From the human T2T-CHM13v2.0 reference genome, Homo sapiens, in assembly GCF_009914755.1 (NCBI RefSeq), contig NC_060927.1: a stretch of 64,000 bases of DNA, one strand, 5' to 3'. The position numbers and the translations under genes were made by a program. Below, in pieces: positions 31,715-46,981 of this stretch (the first letter of the stretch is position 1; each line of letters opens with the position of its first letter). Under the pieces are notes generated by a model. That model saw only the letters and a list, made by a program, of their open reading frames with translations. It made no database searches and was not told the origin of the DNA.

Positions 31715-32330
31715 GTGAACAGCATGTGTAGTGGCCTTAAAACAGAAAAGTATATGATGGGTTTGAAAAACTAAAAGGACACTGTAGCTTAAGTGAAAAG
31801 AGCCAAGCAGAAAGGCTCAAGATAGGGCTGGAGAGATGTTTAGGGGCTAGATCAGGCAAGGCCTTTAGGTCTTAAGGAATTTGCACTTTAACCATGGGGA
31901 CCATAGGAAACCACTAAAGGATTCTAAGGAAGGGAATGGCATGGTCAGATTTATGTTTTTATAAGATCACTGTGGAAGGAAGGGCAAGTGTGGATGCAGA
32001 GAGACCAGTTAGAAAGCTATTGCAATGGTCCAGGCATGCAAAATTTAGATGTGGGTGAGAATAGTAGAGAGAAGTGAGTAGGTTAGAAAAATACTCAGGT
32101 GGCAAAATCCATAGAGCTTGGTAATAAATTGGAAGAGAGTATGTAGGAGATGGTAACATCAAGGAAGCCGTGGCTTGAATAGCACACAGGGAGTCCTGGA
32201 AGAGACATAGTCCTGACCCTTTTCAGTTTGAAATGGCCAGGAGATATTTGAGTAGAGATATGAAATAATAGGAAAATTACTATTTGGATTATTTGGGAAA
32301 TTATTTGGGAAATTAGGTCCAAAACTTCAA
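31715..32330 (-). mobile_element. L2 fragment
   Basis: ggcatggtcagatttatgtttttataagatcactgtgg...gagaccagttagaaagctattgcaatggtccagg. Confidence 0.7.
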
Positions 32331-32427
32331 AGATTGAGTGAGATAGGACATCTATTTTAAAACCTGGTATGATAAAAATCGTCTTGAGTTAGTGAAGAAG
32401 TCCTGCTATATATAGATAAGATTGAGA

Positions 32428-33030
32428 TGTTGAATCAGTTAGTAATGCTTTCGGCTGCAAGCAGCTGGAAACCTGAGAAATGGTGGCTTAAACAAATGGG
32501 AAATTACTGTACCCACATAACAGGCTGCCAAGACTGAACTGGGATAGGGTTCTGGGTTGTCATCTCAGTAGTTCTCTTGGCCCTTTCTTCCTGTCACCTT
32601 AAGGCGAGATGGTTGCTGCAGCTCCAGACATCGTGTCTCCATTCAGAACAGGAAGAAAAGGGCTGGGTACCGTGGCTCATGCCTGTAATCTCAGCACTTT
32701 GGGAGGATGAAGTGGGAGGATCACTTGAGCCTAGGAGTTCAAGACCAGCTTAGGCAATATCGAGACCCCAGTTTCTACCAAAAAAAAAAAGAAAGAAAGA
32801 AAGAAAGAAGCAGAAGGGGCAGTGCCAAAAACTGTTCCTTTTGTCTAGAAAACAAAAACTTCCTCAAAAATCCCCAGTAGAATTCCACTGATGTCCTGTT
32901 AGCCCCAAGTGTGTTTTGGCCACCTCCAGCTTCAAGGGAGACTAGGAAAGCAGGCTTGGGCTTTTTAGCTTCTGTAGTTGAGCTGGAGGGGGGAAGAGGA
33001 TGGGCAGTAGGTGCTGGGATAGGCAGTAAG
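32428..33030 (-). mobile_element. Old MLT1-type LTR containing an Alu left monomer (32661-32808, +)
   Basis: tcagttagtaatgctttcggctgcaag...atggttgctgcagctccagacatc...ggccacctccagcttcaagggagactaggaaa. Confidence 0.6.
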
Positions 33031-36000
33031 CTGTGCCCGCACAGTTATCTTTAGAGCTTTGTATTTGCATCTCGTTTTGCAGCTCTGTGGGCTGCCTCTG
33101 TGATGTATGACTGTGGTCTTCTTGGGCGCATGGCTGTGAAGGAGCCCTCCTTTCATTCACTTAACTTCCTAATTTTAAAGACAGTGCCTGATGTGAAAAT
33201 TACAGAGAACCCAGCAAGATAAAGATGCTTTATTCAGGCTGTTCTGTGATATATTTGATTTTTCTCCTCTTACCCCCAACCCAGTCCTCCTAGGATTGTT
33301 TGCTTTGTGAAACATTAAAAGTGATTTCAGCCACTCATTCTGTGAAAAAGAAAACTTGCAGTAGGAGTATCTGAAGAACATGAATTAGTCTTGGCAGAGC
33401 TGTGTGGGCGGTGTCTTGTGGGCAGCACTGCTGAGGTGACAGCAAGGGGAGGAGGATGGATTGGAGCCTTATATACAGCAAGCGAAAGGGATTCAGAGTC
33501 TGATGGAATGCCTCAGTCCTGGCAGCAGAGTGACAACTGGAAGGAGAGGCAAATAGAGAGAAGGCCTCCCATTTGAATTTCTCTATTAGAGTTGTGATTT
33601 TGATTTCTCCTGCTGACTCCGCTGGCCCCTCTCGGCTGCATTGCAGGCTTTCAGCCCCTGGGCACCATGCACGCGCCCCTCCTTGGTGTTAAATGGACAT
33701 AAGCATGCCTTCATGGTGCTTAGTCAACCCCCATACCAAATTGGTGGTTATGTTTTCAGGAGTTACTTGGCAGCTGCTGTAATACAAAGTCTGTGTTTGC
33801 CTCTCATTTCCTACCTGATTATCTCAGATCAGGGCTCAGGCCTTTCTTTGTACCATCTTACTGAACCCTCACTTTAATCTTTTGAGGGTAGGTACTCCTC
33901 TTATCTTCATTTTACTGATGAGCAGACTGAGGCTCATACTAGTAATAAGTAATAGCATGGGGATTCAAATCTGAGCAGCTGAGCTGTTAACCCGCAGTCT
34001 CTCCTCCTTCTCTGTGGTCTGAATTCATTCATTTTTTTTTTCCTGAGATGTTATTGAGTGCCTGGCCAGACCCTAGGCAGGGTGCTAAGAATACAGACAG
34101 AGCAGCTGAGGTCTCTGCTTTTAAGGAGCTTAGACTTTAGTGCCACAGACAGTGGTAGACATGAGCTGTCACATCTCCTGCAAAAGAGTGCAGGGGAGAC
34201 GAGGAGGAGGAGGAGCCCCAGATCTGCCCAGCGGTCCAAGGAGGTATCACTGAGGAAGTGGTGAAAGATGGGAAGCACAGAATGTCTACAAGGGAGCATC
34301 TTCTTGCCCTCCAGATGTGCAGGAAACCTTATTCTTCATCAAGGATTTCTAAGTAGGATGAACTTCTGCTGGTGAGAAGCAGATGGGCAACAGTGAGCCA
34401 TTATGAAATCAGTGGGCACTGGAGGTAATAAGCGCCCATTTCCCTGCCCTCTTTGTTCCTGTCCTCCTGATTTCACCTGTGAGCTTGTGGGTAAAGCAGA
34501 GGTACCTTTACCAGAACACACTGGTCTTGTTTTACCCTGCAGAGCATGCACACATGGGGCTGGAGGAAAGAGGAGGTGAGGGGAGAGAAGGGAAGTTTGT
34601 GCCAGGAGTTCTTTGGAGGAGGTGGCGGAGGATGTTAGAGCGAAGAGACAGCCTCAGAGAAGCAGTGAGGCAGGGTCCAGCCTCCAAGAGTCATCTGAAC
34701 TCTGGAATGAAGACCGTTAGGGGGACCTTTGTTCCACCTCTGAGGCACTGGGATACTTATGAAAGCATTTGGCTGCCCTCTAGAAATTGGGCCTCTTGCC
34801 TGGCTTTCTGCTCGTAACTTCAGATCCTGTCTCAGCCCCAGAACAGAGGCTGGGTCACAGGTAGCACCAGGAAGTGCCTCTCCAGTCACATCGTCCCCTT
34901 AATCCCCTTCACCCCTGTCACTCCTGTGTTGCTCTAGAAGCTTTGCAAAGGAATTGTTAGAGAAGTTTGGTAACTTGACCCTACTCTGCCCTCTGACCTC
35001 AAGAAAGCACCTCCTCCTGTTTGTGCGTCAAAGCACTTCCTCCTCCTGTGTGTGCATACTGCGCCTTCTAAGGGGGAGGGGCGGCAGCACAAATTAGATG
35101 TTGGCAGAAGAGGCAAAATGACAGAACTGAGAGGAGCAAGTGAGAAATGTTTAGCAAACTGTCAGCTTCTCTGCAGGGCTCTGAGGACCAGGCCAGGGCT
35201 GGGATTTGGTGATGATGATGCTGCTTGGGTTTATCTACAATGAGGGCTTTTTCTTAAAAGCTCTGTGGCTTCGAAGCTCTTACTGCATTTATCCCCACCA
35301 TGCCCCTCTGTGGTCAGACAGGGCTGAGGGTGGCTTTATCCCTCCTCACTTTAAAAATGATTAGATACTGTGGGGTAGGAGGCCAGAGCCCATGCCGGCT
35401 CTGGACCCCTATTCTCAGACCAGTGCTGAGCCACACCCTCAGAGCCCTCAGCCTCCCTGCCAGGATTCTCCCTCATGCTGGGGCTGTCTCTTCTCTTGGC
35501 TACAGTAGATTCTGCTCCCAGTCCCAGGGATCTGGTTTTGACTCCCTGTCTCACAAAGCTAATTAATAGTTAAATTCTGCTCCTTCTTACATAATATCTC
35601 CTGCTTCTGTTTTCTGTTTTCCCTGCCTCTCCAGCGTCTTTTCTCTCCTAAGCTATTCTAAACTGAACTCTCTGCTTTTCTATCCTCCATCCTATGCTCT
35701 CAGCCCTCCTCAGCATGATTGCTGGCCAGAGTGGCCAGTGCCACAGGGACCAGGTGGAAGTTGTTACTGGGAGAGCCAGCCCCTCAGAAGTCCTTCTAGG
35801 GATGGGACTGGGCAGGGGTAGGAAGGGCACAGAGGCCACAGAAAAGTAGACAACTTGAGGCTGGCTTTTCCCTGTCACTTCCCAGGCAAGCAAAAAGCTG
35901 CCTGAATAGAGGGAGTAAAATCTTTAATAACAGCCCGGGGCCAAGGCGAGATGCTGGGAGGAGGCACCTGGCTGGCTCTCAGCAGGCCTGAGAGGGAACT

Positions 36001-37006
36001 TCCTCCAGGAAAGGTCCTCCAGGGGTTGGTACAGGGCTGGGCCTTCGCTCTGGGATTCAGAAACCAGTGGTGTTTCTAAATGGTACAGAGACAGTACAGG
36101 CCATCAGGTTTCCCTCCCTGAATGCAGGGCCTTCCTGCTGACCTCCCAGATGTCCCCCACCAATGCCTAGACACATCTGTATGTAGTCTCTATTAGGTCA
36201 ATTCTCTATCATCATCTCATTTCCCTTAGCCCTGACTTCTTGCGCACACTCCACTGTCCGTCCCTGTCAGGGAAATAAAGACAGGTATGCTTGGTACATG
36301 TACTCCAGATGTATGAGAATAAAAGAAAACTTCTGCAGTCTCTGGGTCAGCAACCTGCTCTGCAAAGAGAAAGGTTTTCATGTTTTGTTTCCAAGATGGA
36401 ATGACTGCAAAGGAAAAATGGAAGAAATAATTTAATAGTATACTTCTTATGGTATATGGACAATGAAATACATTGTAAATTTGATCAGGAACCATAAAGA
36501 TAGAAAAGCATTTTGTGTTCCTTTTGAACCCTGAGTGGCCTTTTTGAGCTCCTGTTTCTTGGGTGTACAGGTCTTCTTGAGGTGTCAGCCTGGACTCCAT
36601 GGGAAGAGATGTATTTAGCCTCTTGTTGAGGGGTCTCAGGGATCGCTGCACAGGCCTGGTGAGTGTCACCAATGAACCTCTTCAGCTTGGAGAGTTATTT
36701 GAACTTCAAAGCTAGAAGAAACTTGAGAGAGCATTTAGCTCGGGTCTCTTTTTAATCCCTGCCCTGATCTGAAAAACATAAAAGCAAATAAACAGAAAAC
36801 CCCTCATGCCTGCATTTACTGCTGCTTGAAATTGCAAAATCAATATGATGTCTGGAAACAAATTAAAATAAATGAATAAGGTGTTGCGTTATTTTGAGCG
36901 GCCCACATCATGTCCTTCTCACTCCTTCCCAGGGGGCTGATTGCCATCCTGAGGTGTGTGTCCCATCCTTGAAAATTGCTGACCCAGCCCACATCTTATT
37001 ATATAA

Positions 37007-37274
<268 letters not shown>

Positions 37275-38166
37275 TGCATTGTTTACCCCTGCTCTTGGGG
37301 ACAGTTCCCAAGCAACCGAGTATTTCTGAGAATCATGTGCAGACAATAGCCAGTCAGCGTGTGTTGCAGGAAGGCAGCACATTAGCGATAGGAAATGCAG
37401 TAAGTACAGAATGGGCACAAATGGCCAGGTAATGGAAAGTGTGGTGATTAGAGGTTTTCTGTTTTGTTCTTGGTGGAATTGACTCATTGTCCTCTCTGTC
37501 TTGCTTTTGTCATTATTTACTCCAATGCTCTGTCCTTACCCTGGGTTCTTCTGAGCCCAGCTGCAGAGAGACCAGTAAAGACCGATCCAATGGCTGCTGC
37601 TATGAAGGAAGCAAATAGTCATTAACAGATACATACATGTCAATACTGTGTTTTTCAAAATAACCATTCTCTTATGCAGAGAGACACTTTTCCACAGCAC
37701 CTTTCCACTTCTCTGTGTATTTGCTTACTGCTACCAGATGGCTAGCTCTAAGTGTCAGATTTGCTCAAAATAGAGACAGTAGAGCTGTAATAAGTTGAAA
37801 ACTCAGGTAAAATACATTCTGTAGTTTTAAAAGAGTATATTAACAACATGCTCTTAACTATGTAAAAGCATATATATAAACACACATACAAGATTTTATC
37901 AATCCTGACATGATTAGTTTTAAATTGAATGCTCCATTAAGAAAGAAAAATGCTCTCAATATATTGTAAGATACCACTGATTGTAAGACATGTCCCAGTG
38001 TCAGAGTTTTTGGGAAAATGTATGTCTTAGAGTGAATAGAAGATGCAATATAAGTAGGATGGAAAGATATAAAACAAAATATTAATAGTCATCTCCCTGG
38101 GTATTTTGACCAATTGTGGGTAATTGTTAATTTTCTTCTCTTCCAAATTTTCCATAAAAAGATTAT

Positions 38167-38467
38167 TGCTGGGCAAGGTGGCTCATGCCTGTAATCTCAA
38201 CAAGGTAGCCAAGGTGGGTAGATCGCTTGAGCCCAGGAGTTCAAGACCAGCCTGGGCAACTGGCAAACCTCATCTCTACAAGAAATACAAAAATTAACTG
38301 CATGTGGTGGTGTTCACCTATAGTATGCACCTACAGTCCCAGCTACTCAGGAGGCTGAGGTGGGAGGATCACTTGAGCCCCAGGAGGTCGAGGCTGCAGT
38401 GAGCCGAGATCACCCCACTGCACTTCAGCCTGGGCGACAGAGTGAGACCCTGTCTCAAAAAAAAAAA
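38167..38467 (+). mobile_element. AluJ
   Basis: cgcttgagcccaggagttcaagaccagcctgggcaac; TSD aaaaagattat. Confidence 0.88.
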
Positions 38468-39682
38468 GATTATTATCATTTTGATAATCATAAAATAAAA
38501 CAGCATGATATCCGGGTTAGATCATCATTTATTTACACATCTTCTTTAGACCTGAGTGTCTTAGAAAGGGATGGTCTTATGTTCTTGCAAATATTCAATC
38601 TATAGGGAGGCTTCCAACTTGAAGGTAAGTGAGTAGAATGTCCCCTGGGATGGCTGTTACCATTTTGTTTTTTATGATTAGACCAATAAAAGCTTTCAGC
38701 CTTGCCCTCAAGACTCCCCTTTCCTGGAATAATAAGACCACTTTTCAGGCAAGGATAGTCAATGCCACAGATTAGGCTGAGGACAATTTTCAAGTTGTAG
38801 CTATTGGACTACTCCCTCCCTCTCCTGTGGAAGCCTCTCTCTTATCTTGTAGACCCAGGGGCAGGGAGGTGACATAGGTGGCTCTGAGAATCAGAAGCAA
38901 TCTCATCAGACAGGTGGCTCTGTCATTAGGAGAGTTTGGCCTTCATCCTCTGCATTCTTACCAGTGTAGTGGTGACATTTGAGAACCTGTAGTCACCTTC
39001 TCTCCAAAGTTAGTGGAATTAGAATTGTTCTGCTGCTGAAAAGGTGGGTCAGAGGGGGAAAGAAAAGATGGATAAGTGTAACCTGAGTGGATATGTGGAT
39101 AAGAAGAGATTAGTCAAATTGGCTGCTGCCATACTTCCTGGTTCCCTTTACTGCATCCTTTTCCACAGATCACGTACATGGGGCTGTGTAATGAAATCCT
39201 CAGGGCATTCCCTGATGGGCATACCTAGAAAGCACATCCCTCTTTTCTAGCACCAGTGACACCATTTACATGTATAGGAGTCCTCTTATTGGAAGCTATT
39301 CTATAAAGCACTTGGTTTGTCCCTCTCTTTCCCATAGCTCTGGGCTGTGCACTTGTATGTGTGGCTGCTTGGTGCCTCTTTTCCTCTTGCCCTGAAATCC
39401 CATGAAACCACACCTTGTTGGCAAGTCATATATCATTAGCAGGATGCCTTGCTCCGAATGGATTATTTCCCTGCTGGGTTAACAGCACCTGCATTGGAAT
39501 TGAGATTCTTGGATAGCACAGTGGTATTTGCAAATAAATGTTTTGCATTGTGATGCTACAACAAATGGATTTTGCTTGGAATACATATCACATTCCAATG
39601 AGAGGTTGACGCAGGGCTATCATAGGGAGGCTTTACTATATTTATGTATTTGTCATGTCTTCTCTAAAGTCAAACAAGGTAA

Positions 39683-40001
<319 letters not shown>

Positions 40002-43000
40002 GGGTTTTTTTAATGTATAAATCTTCATGCCAGAGTCAAAGCAGGACAGGGGACTAGAGTGCGAGAGAAAGGTCATTCCTCCAGCACATTCTAGAGGGAA
40101 TGTCTATATTTTTAAACATCTTGCTGCCTTCATAATTGGTTTTCCTTTTTTAGAACTTAATTATATATTGTGCCTCCCCCCCCACCAAAAAAAGAAATTT
40201 TGGCAACAAGAGTAAGTTTTAGAAAAATATATATAAATCATAATTCAAAAATAATTGCAAATCAAATCATACCAATTTATAAGTATGCTAAGTGTCAAGC
40301 TTTTAAAAAGTGTACATTTTAATTAGATGTTGTTGTTCAATCTTGTGTCTTCCATTCTCTCAAATCTGTGTCCAGCTCTTAAGGTTTTTGATTATCCACC
40401 CTTCCCTTAGTAGCTAATACATCCACTTGTTTTACAGGGTCTGTACTTCTCAGTTTGCTTGCACTTTTTTTTACCTGGGTCTTCTAAAACGTATCATGTT
40501 TTAAACCCACTTTTTCTAGAATTCTCATTTGTGGTCATGTCGTACCTTGTTCTTAATGCTTCAGCTCAACTTTCTGTCTTAGGAAGTATGGATTTATTCT
40601 TAGCATTACTTCTGCTTCTTTGAAGAGAAAGTCATATTAGCCGCGTTATATTTAATCCTCTTTTTATCCCCAGCTTTTTAGTTTTAATGTTTCTCTCTCT
40701 TATTCCTGATTGTATTTTGTATTAGTAAAACCTTTTTGATTGGATGTTACTTCAGCCCATCTTTTATTGGTGCATGTTCTTAAACACTGGCTCATCTTGA
40801 CTCATGAATGCCTAGTTCTGTTTCAATTTCTTCAAACATCTTCGTTCAGATGGTGTACCCTAGAGTGACAGTGGCAGTCTTTTCAGACACATCCTAGCAC
40901 AAACGGATTTAAGGCCCCTTTGCAAACCACATTACTTCTATATAGGCCAAATGGCAACCACAGGGAAACTTTATAATCAGAAGATCTGGATAATTCATTA
41001 TCTTGGATCTGCTGCTGATGGAGTTTAGGGAAATCACATGACCTCTCAACCCCATTTTTAAAATTTATTAAATGAGAGGCATTGAATAAGTTAATGATTT
41101 CCAAAGTGTTTCAAAGCCTTGGGAGTCGATAGGGAAGTATTGAGGAATTAGAGGAGAGAAAGGGCATTTCTTTCAACTCTTACATATTGGGTTCCCTCAG
41201 ATTCGATTTGAAAAAGGTTTCATAGCACTTTTAAAAAGAATCTAAAAACCTGATATTTTCCCAGGTTTTTGGATTCTGTGAGCCAGTGGGATTTTAAGAT
41301 TGGCCAGTATATGGAAGAGGTACACGTACCAGTCCTGTCTGCCAGATGTAAAGACATGAAATGAGGCGAATACCATCTATCACTGTAATTACAACACTAA
41401 AAAAAAAAAAAAAAAAAAAAAAAGAAGGATATAAACTAAACAAAAACCCCAAAAAAACAAAAACAGCTCTTTAAACAGCTGTAGCACCGTAACTACTCAC
41501 ATCTTATTCTGGTGGAGCCCTGCTCTGGGCCAGCCCAGGATTGAAGGAAAGGTTATCAGCAGCTATTGGAAAAGGTACTTTCTGAAGCCCTGTTCATCAG
41601 AAAACAGTCATGAATCATGTGTTTATTATACAGTGGGGACCGAAAAGAGCTTGCAGAGTTGTTCGAGATGTTGATTTCATTTAGTTAATTTTAAAAATTT
41701 CTTTTGGTTTTTCACAATATTCATAGATTTGGTTAGGTTTTAAGCAGGCATTGTTCCAGAATTAGCATATGAAAACATTCATATTTCATCCTATTTGAAT
41801 CTGTCATCCTCATCAAGATCTGAATATTTTAAGCAAGGTACCTCCATAAGAAGTTTCCCAGCCTTGACGATTACATCTAGAAGAAAAAGCACAATGAGAG
41901 GGTGAATACACTAGTGGCTCAGTAATGCTGGTAAAGGAATGGACGTAAAGTGCTATCAGAATTGGACTTAGTCAGGGAGATTGAGCCAATTTTCAGATCA
42001 TGTAATGTGGATTTGATATGATGGAAAGACATCAGATCCCATTAGACCACATATGGATTTGCTTGGAAGTTAAATGGAGCCTCATTGGTCTTTGGAGAGG
42101 AAAAGCTATTGGTCATTTTCAAAGTTTATAATATACTTGCGTGCTCGTTGACATTTAAGACCCCCTACATTGCTCTAAAAATTGAAAAGCATTCTAGAGT
42201 ACTTAATTTTATTAGAAGATTAATTGTTTATTAACATATTAGTATATAATTAACATATTCAAGATCTACTTTTGCTACAATGACATCGAGGCATTACTGT
42301 ATCAGCTAATATAGATATATATGTATCAGGATGTTGAAACTTTTATAATCCATTGATGTTAGTTAGGCAACTTGGTTGCAAACAACATAAAGTTACTCTG
42401 ATTAACTTAAGCCAAGGAGGAATTGATTAGAAGAGAATCAGGTTACTCACAGTTGAATGAGAATGCCGGGGATCCAAGCTCAGGCAGAAATTAGGGGAGA
42501 ACAAGGGCACAGCCACAATCTTTTCCCAAAATGGTCTGGTTAAGCCATTGCTGCCATTGGTACCAGCATCTCCAGCCTCTCAATCTGGTGTGGCATTTAA
42601 GCCAGTTGATCCTGTGCCTCTGGGTCACCCTACAGTGTTCTGAAACTGTACTGAGCCTATGACTGGTTATACTCCTTAGTGTCAGTGGGGAAGGGAGTGG
42701 GATGTGGTGGCAAGTTTGTCCCCTTTCAAGCGAGTAATGAACCAAGAGACCTGAGTACAGTGGTCTCAGGCCTGGTTCCAATTAGCTAAGTGATATGGGG
42801 CAGATTGCTCTCTCCTGGGCCTGTCTGTCCTCATCTATAAAGAGAGAGGATTCTGATGACAATGTCAGCCCCATGGCTCTATGACCAGAGTCTTCCTTCT
42901 AGGAATAAAATAAAAATATAAATAAGATAATAGAAGCAGATGGATCTCTAATACATGCCTTTTAGTTAGAGTATGATAAGCTGAAGCCATCTGAAATACA

Positions 43001-43723
43001 GATATGGGAAAGCTGAATTTAAGAACTGTTGTTATAAAGTAGTAATTGCATAGCAGAGTATCAGACTGAATATGGACTTGGGAGTCAGCTACATCTTGCT
43101 TCAAGTGTTGCTTCCACAGCTCTATCCCATACTTGTGGAGTGACTTGGGGAAAAGTTCTGAGACTTGTTTCCTCATCTGGGATGTGGAGTATTACTACTT
43201 GACTTGTGCTGTTGATGTGAAGATTAAATGAGGCAACATACATAAAAGTGCCTGGTACTTAGGAAGTATTCTGCAAAGGTTATTACTTCCCTTCCCAGAT
43301 GCCTGGGGATCTGCTTCTGTAGTACTGCTCTCTAATTCTCTCCCTTGAGTACAGGGAATTAAATGGTAATTTAATGAGCATTTGCCCAAGATAAGGCACA
43401 GTTGTAGGCTTTGGGCCAGGCCCTGTGTGGAATATAAAGAAAAATCAGAGTTTGCATTAGAGCCATAGAGATCACAGGCCAACATTTCCCTGTGCCATAC
43501 TTTCTGAATTCAGATCAGGAGCACTGTGGGATTAAGAGTTGCAGCCTACACAATAACAAACTTAGCAGTTATGTTTTTGTCATTGTTGTTGCTTTTCATT
43601 TTTATTGTAAAATGAAATATGGGTGATCATATAAGTATATAGCCTATTGAATTATTTTAAAGCAATAGTTTGCATAGATAGATGACAAATATGAAAGATG
43701 CTTTGGGTGCGTGTGTGTGTGTG

Positions 43724-44039
43724 TTTTTGTTTTTGTTTTGTTTTTTGTTTTTTTTTTTGAGACAGAGTCTTGCTCTGTCACCCAGGCTGCAGTACAGTGG
43801 TGTAATCTCGGCTCACTGCAACCTCTGCTTCAGGGTTCAAGCAATTCTCCTGCCTCAGCCTCCCAAGTACCTGGGACTACAGGCAAGCACCACCACGCCT
43901 GGCTAATTTTTGTATTTTTAGTAGAGACGGGGTTTCACCATGTTGGCCAGGCTGGTCTCAAACACCTGACCTCAGGTGATCCGCCCACCTCAGCCTGCCA
44001 AAGTGCTGATATTACAGGCGTGAGCCACTGCACCTGGCC
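43724..44039 (-). mobile_element. AluS with adjacent (GT)n
   Basis: Full dimer preceded by gtgtgtgtgtgtg. Confidence 0.92.
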
Positions 44040-44556
44040 TGTTGTTGTTTTTTTTTTTTTTTTATCACACATTAACATAGGAATCTTTGTGCTGTAGCCA
44101 AATGTTTATACAAATTAATGTCATGTTTCCCTTATATATTTATAAAATTAATACTTTTTAAATGCAAAGATAAAATTTATAATGTCCTATGTATGATATT
44201 GTTTAGTTGTGGAACACTCATGAATGACTTAGGGTTTCAAAATTCATAAACTTGAACTTAATTTTTTTAGTTCCTAGACTATGGGAGAGAATGTACTAGA
44301 CACACTTGCCAAAGATGTGAATTATGACCTTTGTTTGTTAATTTTCTTCTTTCCGTGAAACCGTGACTCCCTTGGGACAGCGAAATCGGTCAAACCCATC
44401 TCACTGAACTGAGTCATAATGAATGCATCTGTTTCTAACCTTTCCTGGCTTCCTCTGACTTAGTGAACAAGGAGAGAGCTAAATCCTGGATCTTCTTTAG
44501 TGTCCCTGCTTTTCCTACCTTAACAAGCTGCAAATCATTTGCTTTTTCTTAAATAA

Positions 44557-44715
<159 letters not shown>

Positions 44716-44799
44716 TAATAGCAGCTCCAGCAATTCATGATCACAAATCTCCTCTACATTTGGGACTCACTGAGTAAACCAGCAACTTGGGACTCCACA

Positions 44800-45090
44800 G
44801 CACCACAGTCCAAACGTGTACAATTTTAAATTTTCTAGTAGCCACATTTTTTAAAAGTGCAAAGAACAGGTGAAATGAATTTCAATAACATATTTTATTT
44901 AACCCATTACAACCAAAATGATTCCATTTAAAGATGGGCTCAATAAAAAATGATTTATTAAAGAAAGAGTTTACATTTTAGTACAGTCTTTGAAATCTGT
45001 GTTCTACATTTATAGTACACATTAGCCATATTTCAAGTGCTATGATTCATAGCCACATATTGCTACTGGCTACCATATTGGACAGCACAG
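44800..45090. mobile_element. MER33-like hAT element
   Basis: aattttctagtagccacatt...caggtgaaatgaatttcaataacatattttatttaaccca...ggctaccatattggacagcacag. Confidence 0.75.
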
Positions 45091-46821
45091 ACACAGAGGG
45101 TCTTCAGGGGTCCATGAACTCCCTGAAGTTTTATGTGCAAAATGTTTGGGCATTTTCCTGAGCAATGGGTCCATTACTCTCACTATAGTCTCAAAGGGGT
45201 TCATGTCACAAAGCAGATTAAAAGCCAGGGAAGCAGAAGCTAACTGTGACATCATTTCAAAACTAGATAGACTTAGAGCTTAGGGATTGTGTTTGAAACT
45301 GCTGTGGAAACAGTGCTGAAAGGTCACAACATAAGGCCCACCTATTCTAGAAGGGGTCCCTAAAACTTCTTTGTCTCTACTGACTAGAGAGTTGTTCTAT
45401 TGATATTTTTTTTACCTGGGCATTCTTTTTTTATCCTTCTGATTTCTCCTTCTGTCATCAAGACTTTTCTGCTCTGTTCATTTAGCGTCAAACCTGCCCT
45501 CACTTTCGTCCCCGTCAAAACCTTTAGGAGGAGGAAGCAGCAGCTGAGACAAAGTTGGCCTTCCTTTCTAGACTCTTGCCTGCTGACAACCATACCTGGT
45601 GTCTGCAAGCACCTGCCGCTTGCCACTCAGCTTATAATTCCCTGTGCAGCCTCCTCACAAAAGTGATCCAACTTACTCCAACTGCAAACATGGAAAGCCT
45701 CCCATAAGGGAGTGTGTACTTTGGAAACATTTCAATACAAATCCTGGACTGAGCTTTTCCTCTTACCGCTTTCCCAAGAAGGTGGCGAGAGTTCTGAAAT
45801 TCAGTCCTGCTGTGACTTGTGTTTAAATCTGCAAGGCCATCTCTTTCAGGGCCTTTGCATTTGCCTGAGTCTGGTCCTCATGTTGAAGGCCTTTGCTTCT
45901 TAACTAGCATTCGGTGTGGGTCTCTGGGCCTGTCAGCTACTGTGTGTGGAATATCTTCTACGCTTTCTTCTTTGCCCAACATTTTACTGTGAACATGTTT
46001 TTATCTCCATTCCTGGAACCACCTGAAAATAAGATGGGGCAACATAGTGTCTCAGGAAGGAAGCATCTCAGTCCTACAGGGTAGACCACATCTATGCCTC
46101 TGTGTCCCCAATTCTGGCTCCATAGGTGACACCTAATTGGCAGTTAGGCCAAGTGGTAGACTGTCTTTTAGTTCATTATTGGCACTCTGTCAATGTGTTT
46201 GAATAAATGCATGAAGGAAGTAGCACCTGTCCACTCTGTGTCCTCCATGTCTGTCACATTATTTGGCACTCAGTGGATGGCTAATGTGTGCCTCTTCCTT
46301 AAAAGGCATTTTAACCAGCTCTAGGGACTCATAGTCATGAACTCAGCTCAGGCCATCCTTTCTCTCTTCAAAGCAGTAATAACCTTGGCACCTGTTTTTC
46401 TTGTTAGAAAAGTAGATGCCTTTTTTTTTTTTTTACCGTACCCTTATATCCTTGAAGAAAATATAGCTTCTTTCTCAGAACACAAACACTATAACACTAA
46501 TAGTTATTTTTGATTTGTAAACAAAGGAGCCAGAAAAACCAGGAAAGTATCTTTCTGAGCATTCTTGGACCACCTTCAACTTGGGAATGCCTGCATGCCT
46601 GGTGTGGGGCAAGTGGTAGGGGGTGTTTCTGAAAGAGGAACTGTGATCCTCTTCTCAGCTCCTTCCAGGCACCATCTCAATCCCCACACCCCTGGCCCAG
46701 TGGTCAGAGCTGTGGTCACTGTTGGGGAATGAGGAGGGAAGGGGAAGGGGATACAGTTAGGGAGCAACACAGCCCAAAGGGAGGACTGAGAAATGACATC
46801 ACTCTTCTTTCCTATCACCAG

Positions 46822-46981
46822 GTTCATGGGCAAGCCACGGGCGAAAAGCTGACTGCCTATACGGCCACCCCTGAAGCCATTTATGGCACCTCCCACGTGG
46901 CCATCTCGCCCAGCCACAGACTCCTACATGGGCACAGCTCTCTGAAGGAAGCCTTGAGGATGGCCCTTGTCCCTGGCAAAG
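46822..46981 (+). CDS. LARS2: LARS2 coding exon (recalled exon 10), [22 protein letters not shown]...ALVPGK, CP1 start
   Basis: Acceptor ctttcctatcaccag and donor AAG|gtgagc; 160 nt, phase 0-1; overlaps ORF 46729..46998; residue numbering fits recalled E294, T300 (ACG) and H324. Confidence 0.96.
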
